Assembly (NCBI GenBank): GCA_965235115.1
Contig: OZ249439.1
Coordinates: forward strand, 21,452,001 to 21,516,000
Length of the DNA: 64,000 nucleotides
Origin: Laetmonice hystrix
Taxonomy: Eukaryota
Direction of reading: 5' to 3'
The notes below the pieces were generated by a model, which saw only the letters and a program-made list of their open reading frames with translations, did not search any database and was not told where the DNA came from. The first letter of the stretch is position 1. Every line of letters begins with the position of its first letter. A program made the position numbers and the translations under genes. Of this stretch, positions 23,861-35,200 are shown piece after piece.

Positions 23861-25383
23861 TAAGATCAGATGGATTTCGACATTAATCGATGCTGATTCG
23901 TACATGTACGTTGATGTAGTGTAATCGGGCACTGCCATCAGGTGAAAATGACAAAATCGATTAAAAGAAAGTTTCTGGCTCTCAGGTACGAACTTGAGTG
24001 TTGGTGATATGGACAGTATACTTTTTAAATACGTTTTTAGTTGTCATACTTTTTCCCTTCATTTTTTCTCTCAGCGTCATGGAACGTTAAAAAAAACAGG
24101 AAAAATAAAATCCTAATCTCAAGATTTTGAAAAAGATTTTAAAATTATCTAATCTATTAGCCCCTTTGAAAAAAAAAAATATTCGAGAAAAAAAAATTCC
24201 TAAACTAACATGATTTGCAACCCTACAACATAATCATAACTGGACATTTTCTGGGGCCGTAGTTGATTTTTATAGCTGGGGTTATGTCCAGCTTTTATGC
24301 TCAGTGCTTGAGTTCTCATGGATCATGGCAAGTCGAGATTCTCGCAGGGACTCGAGAGACAATGGCGTAATATTCTAACCTTTGTGAATAATTATGACCT
24401 CAGTTACCGACATGCCCCCGGCCAACACCCTAGATTATCTTCTGCCTTTTTGGGGCGTTTCTTGTTTTGATTTATCTGGTTGCAGGTTGCCCCAGGGTTG
24501 TGGTCCTTGTAAGACTATATGCTAGATCTAGGCAGAACTGAGATAAGGGGGGTTTTCAACTAAAATGGGGGGCAACCATAATTAGTCAATCGTTTATATC
24601 TATTTAGATATTTAATTATCTATTTTTTTGGAAGGGGGAGGGGTTCCAGGTAACCCGGAAACCCCCCTGGCTCACCCTTGATTTGGACAAAAAGAGTGTC
24701 TGCCATCAACGGCATGGGCCACACGGTCGAGATGCGGCAGCGCCTGCTGGCGGAAATTTTGGTAACTATGGCATAGCATGGCCGAGTTCGCCAAAACACA
24801 ATAGGGCGTTTAAGTATGTCACGAGAATTCAAGAGATTTCGCGTTAGCGGGACAAGGAGCAGATAGCCTCGCTGGTTTAACATTGCGATGGCCATAGGGA
24901 ACAGTGACAGTCAAATTTGAAATATTTTCATTCTGCAGTCAAGTCGCTGTTAATGTTGAGCGTTTACAATACATGATTACCGGGATGTTTACTCTAGGAT
25001 AAAGTTTGTTTTATAGTTTAGAAAGTTAGATTGTGAATATACAGGCTGGTTTTTGTGAACCTGTCGGCCCTGTCAATGCTAATCCTATGGGAAAATTTTT
25101 GACGTCACAATCGCTTGGCGCACTTTCGGCGCTATCGTGAGCTGGTTTGAGGCTATTTAACGTCATTTGCATATCCAGGTCACGAGACTTAAACCCCCTA
25201 TGCTAATAATATCGGATTAGTTGGACTGTAACGCTAATAAAATATTATGATCATTTCAGACTTTGATACCATCCCTGCTTGATATAGTTATGTTAGTGCC
25301 TATGCGCAGCGCAAGACGGTCTTTGACAGCCGACTGGCGGCCACTGATTAGTTCCATAATATCCGCGAGATGGCACTGAATAC

Positions 25384-25454
25384 GGTGCTGCCATCTATCG
25401 TTTTAACTCTGAACTAATATTGAGTTCCAAGTCAAAAGGATAGATGGCAGCACC
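25384..25454. repeat. 16-bp perfect inverted repeat with 39-nt loop
   Basis: GGTGCTGCCATCTATC (25384-25399) and GATAGATGGCAGCACC (25439-25454). Confidence 0.9.
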
Positions 25455-27020
25455 CTTTTCCGTGCTAATCACGATTCATCGGCAGCGGTGAAACTTCGCT
25501 TCGGTTCGGCACATCAAACGTTCATAGCGACGAACGAAATAATGCTTATCGCGTGTCAAGAGGGAATTAAGAAGTCAATGGTTGAAATGATTGGATTTCT
25601 TGGAGATTCTAAGTGAATTGTCAACGGAATCGTGTCGAACGTGTGTTGTTCATGTAAAATCAGCTTTCAAGCGCTTCATGAAAGTGCCACCAGTAGGCGC
25701 TGGTGTATAGTGACCGTTCACGTTGGTGTATACGCGGTTGGGGCCTCCAAAAACGACCACTCCAGGCAGAATATAGCGTAGTTCGCAACTGTATTGCTTT
25801 GTGTTAGGAATTTCTTCTTTTTGGGGGAAAGGGGGGGGCAGGCAACTCGACCCCCCCCCCCCCACCCAAAAAAAAATTTAAAAAAAGAAGAAAAAAAGTA
25901 AGTTACAGCCCTCACGGCACGGGTCCGGGCAAGACGACCCAAGTTCTCGGCGTCCTGGCATGCCGACCCAAGGACAGGAGGTACTTTAATTAAGATAGTG
26001 GAAGCAGATTAATGTGAACTTGATTTAGTATCTCTGGCGGTGGGGATTGTGGGCGGTTCCATCTACCAATTCTTTATTGAACTGATCTTTGGAAACAATA
26101 AATACAACTTTGTAGGAATGTAATACGAAACGACGTCTACTAACATCACAGTGTTCATGCAGAGAACTGTACTCCTACACCTACACCTGGCGCCCTCTAT
26201 GCACAAACAACTAAACCACCGATACATCACACAGTCACACTTGAACATCCCATAAGTCGTACATACATTGTAAATTAGTTTGTACCAAACCATAACGAAG
26301 CTATGAAAAACTGTTTTCATTGGGACCAGTACCGGTATATATTATCAATGTGCCAGTGTCACAGCTTGATCTCTCTACCAGTGTATCCCCAGGGGGTTGG
26401 CTTCCTACTCAGGCTACATTTGGTTCTGCTGGCCAAATGATTTTCCTCCCAACATGTGCAAAGAAGCATTTCTACAAAGCCAAGCTCCTGAATATCAAAG
26501 ACCACTGACGAAATGCTACCCTAACAAAAACAACTATTTTTGTTAAAAATAGGTAAAAATGGGGGCTTAAGTGTTTGGATTTGGGTATACTTATGTTATG
26601 AACCATTTGATTACACCCTTTCATCGAATCATTCACTATTTACACTCTCAACTTCATTCATATTGACAGATCTATACAAAATTAATACGGTAATATTTGT
26701 ATTAAAAGTAACATTCACTGTACAAGCGAAATAAAACGATCCCGATCTACAGTATTAAATACAATGTATTTACAAAACTCCTTTTTCCAAAATATCTAGT
26801 TCTCCAAGCTGACCCTGAACCAAATCCCCTGTGACACTGTATTTTTCAGATTGTAAGCTCAAAATCTCCTGAAGTAAAAGGCCAATAGCATCAATACAAG
26901 CACAATTTCTTCATCCCAAAATAGAAACCTGTCCATAAAAAACCCATCAGAACAGATTGTGCTTCCGTGTTTTGCACATCCCATTCTATTTTAGAAAAAT
27001 AGACAAACATCCATCTATAC

Positions 27021-30000
27021 CTACATATTTTCCAACTTGGTGATTTTAAAAACCCAGCCCCATTGGCAGGGCATTGCAGCTAGAGATATTTTAGGCAGAG
27101 AAAGAGTCATGCCTCTGTCTGTCTCTTTCTTCCAAAGGATGGAATTTGCCGGGGCACTATAGCCCAGCCATGTCACCTCTGTGTGCATGGTTGGCGTTGG
27201 TATCCCAAGTTTAAGGACGTCATTCTTGGGCCATTTTAGGACAATGGCATACACCACTCCATAGGTTTCATCCTTGGGCTGTTTGCTTGTGTAACTGTTG
27301 ATAAAACACAAGACTCCATTTTTGAAAATGTCAATGATAACCACTGAGTGAAGAAAGTGGAAACTCTGCATGCACATATTTATATGACATTAGCCTGATG
27401 CTCCTTCAGATATGTTGTCTAAAGTGGATTGCTCTAATTTCAGGAATAGCAAAGAATACAGGTCATTTTTTTCACAGCACTGACACAATTAATAGTGCTG
27501 ATATACTTACTATACATCACTGTTGAGAGAATCTTTGGGAGTGTGCCACATGTCTGTGCCATAGATACCCTCTCCATTGACCTTCAACCAGCTGCCCATC
27601 TGTCTCAAACGCTCCTCGTATATTGGCAAGATGCGGCCATCTGCTGTGGGTCCTATGTTCATCAACAGGTTCCCGCCATAACTGGAAATAAATATCTATT
27701 GAGTCAATAAACAAATTCACACAATCCAATATCTTTTTTTCATTTTGAACATCATTTCATCACTTAGAGCATTACAGCTTAAAAATGTACGCATATAATC
27801 TATGCTAACAAAAAAATAATGTTATTTTCACTTTTCCTTTCTATGCTCCTTGATTCATGTACAATAAGGTGAAATATGATGCAGGCCTACAGAATGTTTG
27901 TACATTTCTCTGGCTAGCACTTAGCTTATACAGGCAAGTCTAGATACCTATTTAACTTTACTAATCTGAAAGCCATACACATGCACTGACCTGACAGTTT
28001 GTGCCAGAAGTAAAATTAGTCCCTCCACAGTGTAATAATCCTTCAAGACAGCATTACGTCGGTAACCCCACGACTCACGATCAATTGTCATGCAATTCTC
28101 CCATTTACGTGCTTGCTTTTTCTCTGAAAAAGAAATTACAATTAAGACCTGTCAATTGAAGCAGTGAAATTGAGAAGGAGCAAATGGAAAATGCATTCTA
28201 GGCATAGAGCTTGCTGGGAGGTGACAAGGTCTTACCTGGGTTGTACCTGTCTTTACAGGTGAGGTATCCACCATGTTTACATGAGACGTCTGTCCCCCAC
28301 CGGTCATTGGTCACTACACTGTCCTTCACTGGACTGCAACCATGTCATATATAAGGTCAGAGGCAAACTACACAAAATATGGTTCCACCTACAGATATTT
28401 ACATCTAACATAATATTGTCTATTACAGAGACAATAAAGCTGCTAAATTAGAAACATGTGGAGACCTGTCATTGTAGAGCCAAGCCAAAAACTCGGTACA
28501 ATTCCAGTAGCTGCATGGAGCCTCAAAGTGCCCATCCGACCATACAACTTCAGGTTTGTAGGTATTAACGAGGTCCAGTAACTCGGGCATCATCTTTTCC
28601 TGATGAATACAGGGAAAACACATGGCATGAATAACCTGACTCCTGAATGTAAAATGCAATTCACAACTATGAACAAGACGAAACATAGAGTTAACCTTTG
28701 TGCCAAAAGATGGCAACCTTCAATAACCTAAATTTTTGTCCCAAAAATATATATATTTATTAGAAAACTAAAACATGGGGAACATTTGAGTTTCCCATGA
28801 AAACTCATCACAATGATCAGTCTCACTTAAACCGACATATTTTTTAAAAGAACGTTTAATACTTTCAAATACTCTAGTATAAAACACACTCAGTTCTCCC
28901 TTGATTTATTCTATCAGTAAATGGGTGGGTGGGTATTTGGGGTTTTACGCCAGGGTCATATCCCGGCGGTGAAGATGATGATGAAAGTCAGTTTTTCTTG
29001 GTGGAGGAAACCGGAATACCCGGAGGAAACCACCGACCTTCAGGAAGGAACTGACTGACAAACCTTTCACATATGTATGCAGCCCAGGCCGGGGATCGAA
29101 CCCAGACCATAGAGGTGTGAGGCGATGGTCCTAGGTGTCATGAGCCAACACCTTAGACCACTCAGCCACCCAAGGCCCCTTCTATCAGTAAAGCTTTTCT
29201 TTAATCAGTGCATTATAATTTATATAAGTAAAAAACCAGCTTTCTGTGCTTACTCTGACATACTGCTGTGTCTTGAATCCACTGAGTTTGTCACTGTTGT
29301 AAAGAGGGTTGAACCACTCATAGAGTGAGTAGTAAAGACCATATTTCAATCCAGCGTCTCGTACTGCTGCACCAAGCTCTCCTGCATGAAACAAATTACA
29401 CCTTAACATGCCCTTCAGCTACATTTATCTAAGATTCTTTCAATAATACATTAATTTCAAGTCTTCAATATGTACAAAGTTTCATTTCAATCTAAGTCCT
29501 GAGGGTGATAAAGACTGTTAATCTCAGAATGGCCTTTCTCAGTCAAATGTAGACCATGATATCCCAGGCCTTTCGTTTTGAAAAATCTCCACTCTTTTAT
29601 TTTAGAGACTTCCCTGGCTTGACACCTACCCACAAGATCACGGTGTGGCCCAACATCTGCTGCATTCCAGTTCCATGACTTCTTCGATGGCCAAAGTGTG
29701 TATCCTTCATGATGCTTGGATGTCAGTATGACATACCTGTATGTATAAAAAATGTTCACACCCTTCATCATGCCAGCGACATAGCACAATGTGTTCCTGA
29801 TAGAAATTGTCAACTTAGGAACTCAGTATACAACTATAAATCTGAGTGAAACAATTTGTACAGTTCTTAATAGGCAGGAAACTGAACATTGTTTTGACAG
29901 TTTTGTACAAGTTAAGAGTTCTTTGAAAAATAAAAAAAATCCAGGTCGGGAACATTTCTCAGGTCGGGAGGGGATGCTAAACAAGCAATTTTTTTTATGT

Positions 30001-30741
30001 GACTTTATGTATATGTTTAATTTTAAACGTCCTCGATCACTTTATATGATAAATCTTGAAGGCTTACCATTTTAGCCAGCTGTCATCTAAAAAAAATTTA
30101 ATTTAACAAAAAAGGCCACACCACTTTTGAATATTCCTCATACCAGAAACCAGCCATTTTTTTTGGGGGGGGGGGGGGGCAGTGTATACTTAGCTCAATA
30201 GCTGGCAATTGGCAGGGTTACAATTAGGTTTACTCTTTGACAAAGACTCACTTTGCTCCAGAGTCTTTGAATATTTCTGCCCAGTGCTGTGGATCAAACA
30301 TTTCTGCTCGGAGCTTGGGTGCAAAATCTGTGTACCGCACTTTTTGGTTGTACGTCTTATCAACAAAGTCTTTAACACTTTTAATGGCAGGAGTACATTT
30401 CTGAAGGAACATCTGAAACCTTTGCTGATGATAATTGTCAATGGGCTGCACAAACTCTTCGTTCTTCCAGTAGAACCAGAACCATTCAGCCAAACCCTTC
30501 GTTCCAACTCCAACATAACTGGGAACAGAGTAGACACCCCAGTGGATGAAGATTCCTATTTTGGCACTGTCATACCACTCTGGTATAGGCCGGGAATCAA
30601 GTGATTTCCAGTTGGATTGGTAACGAACCAAATCTACCTGCTGCTGTGAGTGCACTTTGACATCACTTTTCACAGGTGATTTGTGGGAAAGCTTATCATC
30701 GTGTGCAACACCTTGTGCACCCACTGGCACTGGTGCAACAA

Positions 30742-30799
<58 letters not shown>

Positions 30800-31186
30800 G
30801 AGCTGCTGCTGGAGCTGCTGCTGGGGCTGCTGCTGGAGCTGCTGCTGCTGAGCCTTCTCCAGTTTTTCTTCTTGCTCTCTCTGTAGCATCTGCGCCATAT
30901 TCTGCTCCTGTTGTAGCTGCGCCTGTCTCTGCAACACCTCCCGTTCCTTCTCATCTTCTTGTTGTTTCAAATTTTGACGGGGTGCGCCCCCACCGGCGTC
31001 CAGGCGGGTACCTTGGTGATGGGATTGGTGGTCATGTTCCGAGGCACGGAACACACGCAGGATGGTCGACTCTGGCGCCGCCTGCCAGCAAGGGTAGAAA
31101 ACGAACACCTGCAGCGCCACGAACACCACCTGGAAAACTACAAAGCTCCAGAAATAGTTTCTCCTGTGTGCACGTAACTGGGGCAT
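27021..31186 (-). CDS. Alpha-L-fucosidase (GH29, FUCA-like) paralog B, predicted type II anchor and polyQ stem
   Basis: Exons (minus) 31186-30252, 29736-29630, 29381-29254, 28599-28466, 28333-28236, 28123-27991, 27681-27511, 27294-27021. Intron positions match paralog A; exons 2, 4, 5, 6 and 7 have identical lengths. Motifs [39 protein letters not shown]. Confidence 0.96.
28922..29179 (-). mobile_element. Full-length tRNA-derived SINE with V/Meta-like core
   Basis: Minus strand: A box (GGTGGCTGAGTGG), B box (GGTTCGATCCC), core GGTTTCCTCCGGGTATTCCGGTTTCCTCC, (ACCC)n tail; perfect 13-bp TSD TTCTATCAGTAAA at 28909-28921 and 29180-29192. Confidence 0.92.
30743..30796 (-). repeat. Pure (CAG)18 coding tract within a longer Q-rich region of fucosidase B
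   Basis: (CTG)18 on plus; with the adjacent CAA gives 19 consecutive Gln. Confidence 0.97.
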
Positions 31187-31552
31187 CCTTTTAGTCTCTG
31201 GATTCTGTGTAGTAGAGGGAGTGAATGCTTTAAGGTGTGTGTGTGTCACTGGTTCTAATGAGCGCCCCAAAGCATCCCATCAGAGTAGAAAATGACAAAA
31301 CACACGCCGTCAGAACACAGTTATAACGGTAGGAAACATGTTAGCCCCCTTGCGGTTAACGTAAAAATCACACCGACTCAGCCTTTGGTGGGCAGGGATC
31401 CTCGCTGTGGTAGATCCATGGTTTGGGCGCTAGGGAAATCTGGGGATCCAGTTAGGACACCATTTTGAAGAGATTATTTAAAATTAAAGGGGAAAAACGA
31501 ACAGGGGTTGCACAGGGGTCTATTATAATCTCTCCCTATTTGATCCAGTTAT

Positions 31553-31603
31553 GAAAGAAAGGAAAGGAAGGAAAAGAAAGAAAGAAAGAAAGAAAGGAAG
31601 GAA

Positions 31604-31646
<43 letters not shown>

Positions 31647-31650
31647 GGAA
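31553..31650. repeat. (GAAA)n purine microsatellite upstream of fucosidase B
   Basis: Direct reading. Confidence 0.9.
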
Positions 31651-32277
31651 ACTTTCAAAAAAGAGTTACCGTAATGATCATGTTTATTATGCAACTTTCA
31701 ACAACATTAAGAATTACTGGTACATGCATGGTACACATGAATTCGGTCCCATTTTATGGGGCACAAGGATTTCTGTATGTTCTTTCTTCATTTTACCAAT
31801 GCCGCTAGGACATTACAGTGGCAATCACAAACACCACCAACTTTTGATTTTTTGAACAGGTAGGCCTATGTCCCTTTCTTCAGGCTGGACCGAGCAGGCT
31901 AGCTATGATGGTGATTGAAAGAGTTTAAGATTGGGAGAGAGCGAGAGATAGCACGACAGCAAGAGAGTGAGAGCGAGAGTGAGAGAGAGCAAGCAATAGT
32001 GGCAGATGCAGTGCCAAGTTATGTAGAATTAGATAAGCAAAAGAAAACATCATGAAGCTCTACCAAACAGTATTATTTGGTACACTGCGACTGTCTCTGA
32101 AGCGACTGCCTACCCGAAGACCTCCAGAATATAGTTTGAGCAATTATATCAACATTCAGTTGCTAATTCCATAATATTTTCTGCATGTTATACCTTACTC
32201 CTAATAAATACAGGTAAAAAAAGATAAATTGAATCATCTCTTAATAATAATTTCATTTTGGGCATCAGGAAACAACT

Positions 32278-35200
32278 TTAGAAAAGTTTCTTAGAGATAT
32301 CGTCAATACCCGTATCATTATCCCAGGGACTATCTGAGAACAGGTCATCGGATAGTTCACCTGACACATCCAGCAATCCACTGGTTCTGATATTTTGTGC
32401 CGTCGTTGCTAATAGTACACCCTCATTTTCACGTTGAATATTTGTACCACTTTGTTCAATTTCTACACCAGAATTAACACCTTTCTTCACATAGTTCCGA
32501 TTCTGGCTTGGTTTGATAACGTGCGAGTCACACAAAGACAGACTTGTGTCGGAGAACAAGTCTATGCTGTCACTCTCTTGTGGATGGTTTTCTTTGTTTT
32601 CTCCACTACCACAAACCCTCCGACTACACTGGTACTCCAAATAATTTTTCTTGATAAACTTTGCTTTCAGCTTCGTCACGGGTGAGGTTAATTTCTTCTT
32701 CAAGGATATTCTCTTTTTGAATTTTCTGATGACTTTAGTACTTGGTGGCACACAGAATGACGTATCTGAAGATGAACAAGAAATATCCAAGTTTTCGGAT
32801 GCCCAAAGAGGCTGACTTCCAGCTGCATCCTTAGGCATAACCAAAGGTGTACTGTGAAAGATTCCGTTCATCAGTGGACGACGTGGAAAGACTTCGGGAC
32901 TTGAGGGTAATTCGTGTGTTTGTGTTTCCAACGTGTTCTCTATAAACTGAGGCGATTGTTGACTAGAAAAGAGTGCAGCACCTATTCTCAAACACGATCT
33001 CCGTCTTGCTGACCTCTGTGGCAATGGTGTTTGTTTCATTCTGCTGTCTATGTCAGCAATATTCCTGGTTGAGATGAGGTCTGCAGCATAGCAGACACTT
33101 TTCCTCCTTGGCTTACTTTTCTCCTCCTTCCTCCCTTTAGTAGCCCAAGCCGTCTGCTCCTTCTGTACTCGGTCGAATGATGTGTTAGAATTATCCAAAC
33201 TTTCAAACAAGTCTGCCTGGGTACCAACTATGTCTGAACTGGAGCTGTCATTTGTTGAGGTTTCAACAATAACCTCTAAGTATCCAGTAGAATTTCCAGC
33301 CGTGCGTGTATTTCTCTCCACGGTTGCTATGCACCTACAGTCTCCGAAGGGTTCGTTTGCCATCTTGTTTTTCACTTTTGCAGGATTATTTTTCTGTACG
33401 TTAATATCTACCTTCACTTTGGGATTGACTACCACAGATAGTTTTTTGTTGCGACAGACATCAGAAGTATGATCATCATCGGATCCCGATATGACACAAG
33501 AGTCCTCATCATCAGTGAACAATGATGATGGGCTGCTGAAGAGTTCCATAGACTCCTCGGAGCTGACATTTTCAACACTGTATTGTGGTGACTTTGGTGT
33601 ATCTTTAACTCTATAACATTCTGCATGTTGCATACTTTTATTTCCGTTGTCTCTGCTACTGCACTGTTTTCCCCTCATCTCGCCTTCGGTTCCTCGATAT
33701 TGTAAACACTCAGATACTAGAGAACCACCACATGGTATTATGTTACTACCAGTGGGGAGGACGTCATCATGAGAACCTTGACCTCCCACTAACAGACCAC
33801 AGTTAGAGTCCTCTTCATCGTACGTCCTCAGACTTTTATCACAATGGTCAGACGATCTGTCCAGTGCATCACTGTCTACAGCTGCAGGACTATCATTGTT
33901 ATCATTCAGTGACACATCACACCCAGAGGTATAGCACTCTTCAAAGTGTTGGACAAATCGGTTAGTCTCAGAACAAAGTGGACCAGCTGTGGAAGTAGCC
34001 GATTCTTTAGCTGTATTCGTAATGGTGATAGCTCCCACAGAATTTTCACTCCTTAATCCTTGCTTGCCTATTGGTAGATTCTGACTCTCCTGCACTAGAA
34101 CTGTATCACTAGCCGAATTTTCTTGCTTATTAAAGCCTTTTGTAAAATCTTCCTGCTCCTCCCTGACCATTATAGAATTTTTCACAGGAGGTTTTGCCCC
34201 TTCCGAACTCTCTGTTAACTGAGCAGAATTTTCTTTGACAAGATCCTGCTGAGAGAAAGTCATGTCGGCAAGAAAAGCATCCAGATCTTCAGAAAAAGGC
34301 ATAGTCAATGGCTCCTCAGTAATGTCGACATCTGAATCTAATGTACTCCGATCCTCGGTCTTGCTATTTGCTCTGTCCCTTACAGATGGAGTCTGACTGG
34401 CAGATCCGAGTCCTACAACTGTATTCATACCACTGTTGGATTTATTATGATGAGAAACGGGGTTTAAATTGTTCTTTGTGGAATTGAAACTTTCAGTTTT
34501 AGTGTTCGTGGATGCACCTCTAATAAAGTTGGCATCTTGCTGTAATCTGTCCCTTGATTTGGTGTCTGGACTGTCCACCTGCGTAATGACCTTTGGAAAT
34601 GTCTCCAGGCCTCCAGCGAGTGGTGACTTCGATCTGACGTCAGTCTCATCCTCCAGATTGTAAGGCTCAGGATCAGCCAGCAACAGGTAACTGTCATTGG
34701 ATGACATACTCGCATCGGAAACATGAGCTATACACTCCAACATACCACTGGTATTCTCATCTTTGTTTGGCCCATCTTCAAAGTTAATACGTGCCTTAAC
34801 AGAAATTGAAACTTCATCTTGATTACAGACTTGCGTACAGCCTTGCTGGCGAATTTGTGATGGTTTTGCAATAGCCTCTTTAAAGTATTTGAAATAGTAA
34901 TTACTGTCCTCAAGTGGGGAATTTTCTTCTCCATCAATGCTACAATCATCGTTTGGCCCATCATGACAGTAAAAATTACAAGTATTTGCTTTTAAACGCT
35001 GCACATCACTGGGACTCACAAACGGGTTGTTATTGACAGGGTCACTTGGGGGAGAAAACCTTTTTGGTGATATGTAGCTGAACTCATTTAGATCAATTGT
35101 TTCATCAGGATCCATCATTTGTTCAGGGTCTGACAAAACTGGGTCGTCACTTTCGGAGGCCCCTTTTCTCTGACCAGTCTGTGACACAGTTAGTGCACTG

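Noticed and set aside
30657-31194. Poly-Cys, poly-Ala, poly-Leu and poly-Ser ORFs
   Set aside because: Alternative frames and antisense of the CAG tract in fucosidase B.
31187-31270. Longer N-termini from TTG starts in the ORF track (here and 9497)
   Set aside because: Non-ATG starts; ATGs at 31186 and 9509 give matching tail-plus-TM layouts.
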